Shown here: positions 36,760 through 40,030 of the stretch, one piece after another
Numbering within the stretch: position 1 is the first letter of the stretch
Layout of the letters: every line of letters begins with the position of its first letter
Source of the DNA: a virus
Taxonomy: Duplodnaviria > Caudoviricetes
Length of the DNA stretch: 40,030 bases
Direction: 5' to 3' (one strand)
Virus record (IMG/VR): IMGVR_UViG_3300010358_000007
Location: 1-40,030 of that record
Notes under the pieces: generated by a model
What the model was told of the DNA's origin: nothing
Database searches by the model: none
Seen by the model: the letters and a program-made list of their open reading frames with translations, nothing else
Made by a program: the position numbers and the translations under genes

Positions 36760-37326
36760 ATGGGTGCGATCAATCGGCAGTATTACTTTGACTCGGTGCG
36801 CGGGTCCCTGTTCTCGGGGCACATGAATCAAGACCAAGTGGACGGGCAGAACGCGCTGCTCGACTACGCGGAGCAGTTGCAGTGGGACGATCGGTGGACG
36901 GCCTATCTGCTCGCGACGACGTACCATGAGACGGCACTGACCATGCAGCCGATCCCGGAGTACGGCTGCGGGAAGGGGAAGCCGTACGGACAGCCGGACG
37001 GTCCCTACAACCAGTGCTACTATGGTAGAGGGTTTATCCAGTTGACGTGGTATGACAACTACAAGAAGCAGGATGAGAAGCTGAAGCTGAACGGGCAACT
37101 CGTCAAGGACGCGGATCAGGCGCTCGATCTGCAGATCGCAACCGAGGTGATCTTCGGCGGCATGGAAGACGGGGATTTCACGGGCGTCGGCTTGCCGAAA
37201 TACATCAACGACGCGCAGACCGATTTCTACAACGCGCGGAAGATCGTGAACGGCTTAGATCAAGCCAGCACGATCCAGGGGTACGCCGTCAAGTTCCTGA
37301 ACGCGATCACGCACGGCGCGGGCTAG
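36760..37326 (+). CDS. Endolysin, glycoside hydrolase family 19 (chitinase-like)
   Basis: AYLLATTYHET, MQPIPEYG, YYGRGFIQLTWYDNY and NARKIVNG motifs. Confidence 0.9.
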   Translation: MGAINRQYYFDSVRGSLFSGHMNQDQVDGQNALLDYAEQLQWDDRWTAYLLATTYHETALTMQPIPEYGCGKGKPYGQPDGPYNQCYYGRGFIQLTWYDNYKKQDEKLKLNGQLVKDADQALDLQIATEVIFGGMEDGDFTGVGLPKYINDAQTDFYNARKIVNGLDQASTIQGYAVKFLNAITHGAG

Positions 37327-37353
37327 CTCACTCGCAGAGATGCTTCATGCGAG

Positions 37354-37423
37354 CCGACCGGTGGGACGCAGCGTCGTTCCCCCTCTCGCGGTCCCCACTC
37401 CCTGCGCCACGCCCACCGGTCGG
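37354..37423. terminator. Long inverted repeat between convergent genes
   Basis: CCGACCGGTGGG...CCCACCGGTCGG 12-bp arms; no U-tract. Confidence 0.45.
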
Positions 37424-37439
37424 ATCGATCGGGTCGCGG

Positions 37440-37628
37440 TCAAGGCGGTGGAACTCGGATGCGCGAGAGTCCCGGGAAGAACACCGCGAGCAGCCAGAGC
37501 ACGACCGCGATCACCACGACGACGTTCAGAATCTGCTTGATGTTCTCTTGCATCGGGATCATCGAATTGACGAGCCAGAGCAGGACGCCGATCACGATCA
37601 GTACGACGACGATCTGGATTAACTCGAT
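37440..37628 (-). CDS. Two-TM small membrane protein (Thivi_2564-like), candidate holin, apparent ATC start
   Basis: ELIQIVVVLIVIGVLLWLVNSMIPMQENIKQILNVVVVIAVVLWLL; SD-like AAGGGGGTG precedes ATC; adjacent to the endolysin. Confidence 0.65.
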   Translation of the reverse strand: MELIQIVVVLIVIGVLLWLVNSMIPMQENIKQILNVVVVIAVVLWLLAVFFPGLSRIRVPPP

Positions 37629-37639
37629 GGTACACCCCC

Positions 37640-38296
37640 TTATGCGGCGAGCGTCTTCATCTCTTTCTGAAGGTCGTAAAGCTCGCGGAGCGCCACGAAC
37701 GCGCGCCACGCGGGCCGCAGCGCCTCGGACGGCCACCAGTGGTGTGAGAAGCCGCCCGTCGTCTTGTCAAACCGGCAGCAGTGAATCCCGCCCGTGATGT
37801 GCTCGTCACGGTTTGCGTTCCAGAGATGCTCGTAGGCAGCGAGTTGGATCAGATACTCGGCGTAGATGCCTTTGGAGGATTTCCAGTCGAGCAAGGCCAC
37901 GTGTCCCTTGATCCGCCCGACCGCATCCGGGGTGCCGCCGAAGCGCCACTCGGGCGACACCAGATGCATCTCCGTCTCGACGAGTTCGATGCGGGACTGG
38001 TCGAACCATTCGCGGAAGGCATCGAAGGACAGGCGGGCGAGGCGCAGCATCTCCGGGTCCGCGTCGGCCGGGATCACGACCGTCGTGTCGTTGATGCGGG
38101 CTTCGACCATCGCGTGCGCCAAGGTGCCGGCGTCGGCGGCTTGCTGCCGGGACTCGCGGTAGTTCCGCCCGGCGAGTCCTTCTTGGTTTGCCCACCACAT
38201 CAAGGCTTCGCGGTTCCAGCCGAGGGATGTCGAGATGATGGTGGTGACGCCCGGGACGCGGCTGCCATCGGCGAGCTTGTAGGGGATGGTGGGCAT
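37640..38296 (-). CDS. PD-(D/E)XK exonuclease (lambda Exo/Cas4-like)
   Basis: PGVTTII, GTLAH, ETE, GGTPD, LLDWKSS and QLAAY motifs; TGATG-coupled to erf. Confidence 0.85.
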   Translation of the reverse strand: MPTIPYKLADGSRVPGVTTIISTSLGWNREALMWWANQEGLAGRNYRESRQQAADAGTLAHAMVEARINDTTVVIPADADPEMLRLARLSFDAFREWFDQSRIELVETEMHLVSPEWRFGGTPDAVGRIKGHVALLDWKSSKGIYAEYLIQLAAYEHLWNANRDEHITGGIHCCRFDKTTGGFSHHWWPSEALRPAWRAFVALRELYDLQKEMKTLAA

Positions 38297-39192
38297 CAGG
38301 GTGCCCCCAGCCCTTCGATCCAGGTGCAGATGTCTTCGTACGTCCGGCCCTTCCAAGGGATGTCGGAGAGGTGTTCAATGCCGTACTGCTGGGCGAGGTG
38401 GCGCTTCACGCACTCGCGGAGTTCGTCGAACTGCCACTCGTAGTCTCGCGCCTTCGTCTGCATGATCGCATGCAGGCGCTTGAACTTCCCCTCCGAGATG
38501 CAGTCCTCCGGGCGCGGACGGTTTGGGTCGCGCGCGGGGCGAGGCGGTGCGGCTCGGCGGGCTGGCGGTGCCGGTCGCGTGGGCGCTGCCTCGGGCGGTG
38601 GCTCGTCCGGCCACGGCGCGTCATCCGGTGGCGAATCGTCTGCGGGTGGCGATGCGGGCGCAGCGGCGCGGCGTCCGTTTGCCGCCGGGGTAGCGGTTCG
38701 GGTATCGTCCGCCTCGGGATCGTCCCCGGTGGGTAGACACAGCGATTTCAATGCGGCGTATTTGGTCGCCGCCGTGATCGCCTTCATGATGCCCTTGTCC
38801 CCGCCGTCTTGTCCCGCACCCGACATCCGGAAGGTGAGCACGCCGCCGTGCTCGCCGTCGATGAAGGTGAACAGCATCGTCACCGTGGTGACGACCTCTT
38901 TCAGGTTTTTGCGCGTCAGCACCTCCCGCTCCCGCACGTCCTCGATCGAGGGAATGAGCACAACGCCTTCGGCGACGAGCGCCTTCCGGACGGCATCGGC
39001 GACGTCTGCTTCGGTCGCATAGTCGTAGTTGAAGAAATCGTTGTGTCCGCGTTTGGGGATGTGGCTGATTGCTCCCATCACCCGTGTGAGCTTGGCGGCG
39101 AGCTTCGCGAGGGTAGCGCCGGGGCTAGCAACGGGCCGTCCGGACAGCGGGTCCATCCCGGGACCACCCGGTTGCGCGCCCATCGTGGTCAT
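38296..39192 (-). CDS. erf: ERF-family single-strand annealing protein
   Basis: IPKRGHNDFFNYDYA, GAGQDGGDKGIMKAITAATKYAL and PTGDDPEAD motifs. Confidence 0.9.
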   Translation of the reverse strand: MTTMGAQPGGPGMDPLSGRPVASPGATLAKLAAKLTRVMGAISHIPKRGHNDFFNYDYATEADVADAVRKALVAEGVVLIPSIEDVREREVLTRKNLKEVVTTVTMLFTFIDGEHGGVLTFRMSGAGQDGGDKGIMKAITAATKYAALKSLCLPTGDDPEADDTRTATPAANGRRAAAPASPPADDSPPDDAPWPDEPPPEAAPTRPAPPARRAAPPRPARDPNRPRPEDCISEGKFKRLHAIMQTKARDYEWQFDELRECVKRHLAQQYGIEHLSDIPWKGRTYEDICTWIEGLGAP

Positions 39193-39479
39193 CGCGTCAC
39201 CCCCAGCGACGCGATGTACTCATCGAGCAGTGCGGCATCGTAGACGAACTTCCGTCCCATCCGTTTCGCGAACGGCAGCCGCCCGTGCTGCTGTTCCCGT
39301 TCCACCCACGACAGCGGCACGCCGAGCCGGTGCGCCACGTCGGCGCGCGAGATCAGGACGCGGCCCGCCGGTTGGCCGCGTGCTTCGATCGCCGCTTGGA
39401 GTTCGGTCATCCCGCGTCGGATCGTCGCCAGTGCATCATCGATCCGCGCGTCTCCGTTGCCATTGGTCGCCCTACGCAT
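39189..39479 (-). CDS. Xis/AlpA-like HTH DNA-binding protein
   Basis: LISRADVAHRLGVPLSWV...GRLPFAKRMGRKFVYD...LDEYI. Confidence 0.75.
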   Translation of the reverse strand: MRRATNGNGDARIDDALATIRRGMTELQAAIEARGQPAGRVLISRADVAHRLGVPLSWVEREQQHGRLPFAKRMGRKFVYDAALLDEYIASLGVTR

Positions 39480-39485
39480 GTGGCA

Positions 39486-39596
39486 GGGACTAGTCCCGGA
39501 GGGTGGTAGCGGTCAACCCCAGGTGGTGCCCGGGGACTTGCTACCCCCATGACATCCCGGGTAGGGTTGACAGGGTGAGACACACTAACGTAGAGG
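39486..39596. promoter_or_regulatory. Divergent promoter/operator region
   Basis: Leftward TTGACC-18-TAGTCC overlapped by palindrome GGGACTAGTCCC (39486-39497); rightward TTGACA at 39567-39572. Confidence 0.55.
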
Positions 39597-39604
39597 ACGG
39601 GACC

Positions 39605-39820
39605 ATGCAGGCGTCTCGTCGGGTGGAGAATCCCATGCCGAAGAAGCCGACGAAGGGACGCAAGGCACGCAAGCCGCCGGAGTTTACCGTGCCGGTGAAA
39701 CTCTGGCTGACACCGGAGATGTACGCGTGGCTTGCCGAGGTTGCCAAGGAGCAGGAACGGAGTATTCCGCAAGTGATTCGCCGCGCTGTCCGGGAAGCGC
39801 AGCAGAAGAAACTGGTCTGA
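39605..39820 (+). CDS. Ribbon-helix-helix (CopG/Arc-like) regulator; start 39605 or 39635
   Basis: Strand VPVKLWL, helix PEMYAWLAEVAKEQ, turn, helix SIPQVIRRAVRE. Confidence 0.8.
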   Translation: MQASRRVENPMPKKPTKGRKARKPPEFTVPVKLWLTPEMYAWLAEVAKEQERSIPQVIRRAVREAQQKKLV

Positions 39821-39895
39821 GGGAACCATTCATTCGGGGGAACCAGGGCGTCGAGGGGCCGATGCCCACCAGTTTTTAGGAGGAGGATGTGCACG

Positions 39896-40030
39896 ATGCA
39901 TGACGAGAGTGGACAGGGGGGGGGGGGGGGGGGGGGGCTAGTTGGTGCCCCGGACTTTCCGGCGACTCTCGCGAAAGGGGCCGCGCGGGCATTCATTCGC
40001 TTTTTGGGAGAAGCCCCACCAGGCCCACGC
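39896..40030 (+). CDS. 5' part of the gene that continues at position 1
   Basis: AGGAGGAGG SD; ATG 39896; 45 codons with no stop, ending exactly on a codon boundary. Confidence 0.55.
   Translation, partial: MHDESGQGGGGGGGLVGAPDFPATLAKGAARAFIRFLGEAPPGPR
39916..39937 (+). repeat. G22 homopolymer
   Basis: 22 consecutive G at codons 7-14 of the ORF. Confidence 0.8.

Larger units (their letters stand above)
1..40030. mobile_element. Tailed bacteriophage genome (podovirus-like), probably complete
   Basis: Terminase, portal, capsid, adaptor/nozzle, fibres, ejection-type proteins and endolysin are present. No tape measure, tube or sheath gene was recognised, and no host housekeeping genes. A reading frame is continuous across the end/start junction. 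Confidence 0.93.

Noticed and set aside
37345-37635. GTG-started 96-aa ORF (MYHRVNPDRRR...)
   Set aside because: Arg-rich alternative frame of the two-TM membrane gene; it also runs through the terminal hairpin.

Overview
The window reads as an apparently complete, GC-rich tailed-phage genome with podovirus-type structural genes. One reading frame runs from ATG 39896 through the window end into position 1, which suggests a circular or terminally redundant assembly. Modules in order: (1) replication operon on + (wHTH initiator, helicase loader-like protein, minimal DNA methyltransferase, RuvC); (2) leftward small-gene region (3.3-5.5 kb) carrying repeated covarying RNA hairpins; (3) about 1 kb of mostly non-coding DNA, a candidate terminus; (4) leftward accessory operon with a DGQH/ParB-like pair; (5) leftward packaging operon (terS-terL-portal) that continues into an outer-membrane beta-barrel and a secreted collagen-like protein; (6) divergent rightward late operon (scaffold, capsid, adaptor, nozzle, two S74-chaperoned fibres, collagen fibre, GNAT, several low-complexity ejection proteins, GH19 endolysin); (7) leftward recombination operon (Xis-like HTH, ERF, PD-(D/E)XK nuclease, holin-like gene) opposite a ribbon-helix-helix regulator. 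I could not recognise an integrase, CI-type repressor, DNA or RNA polymerase, tRNA or CRISPR array. All family assignments come from motif recognition by eye and have not been checked by database search.
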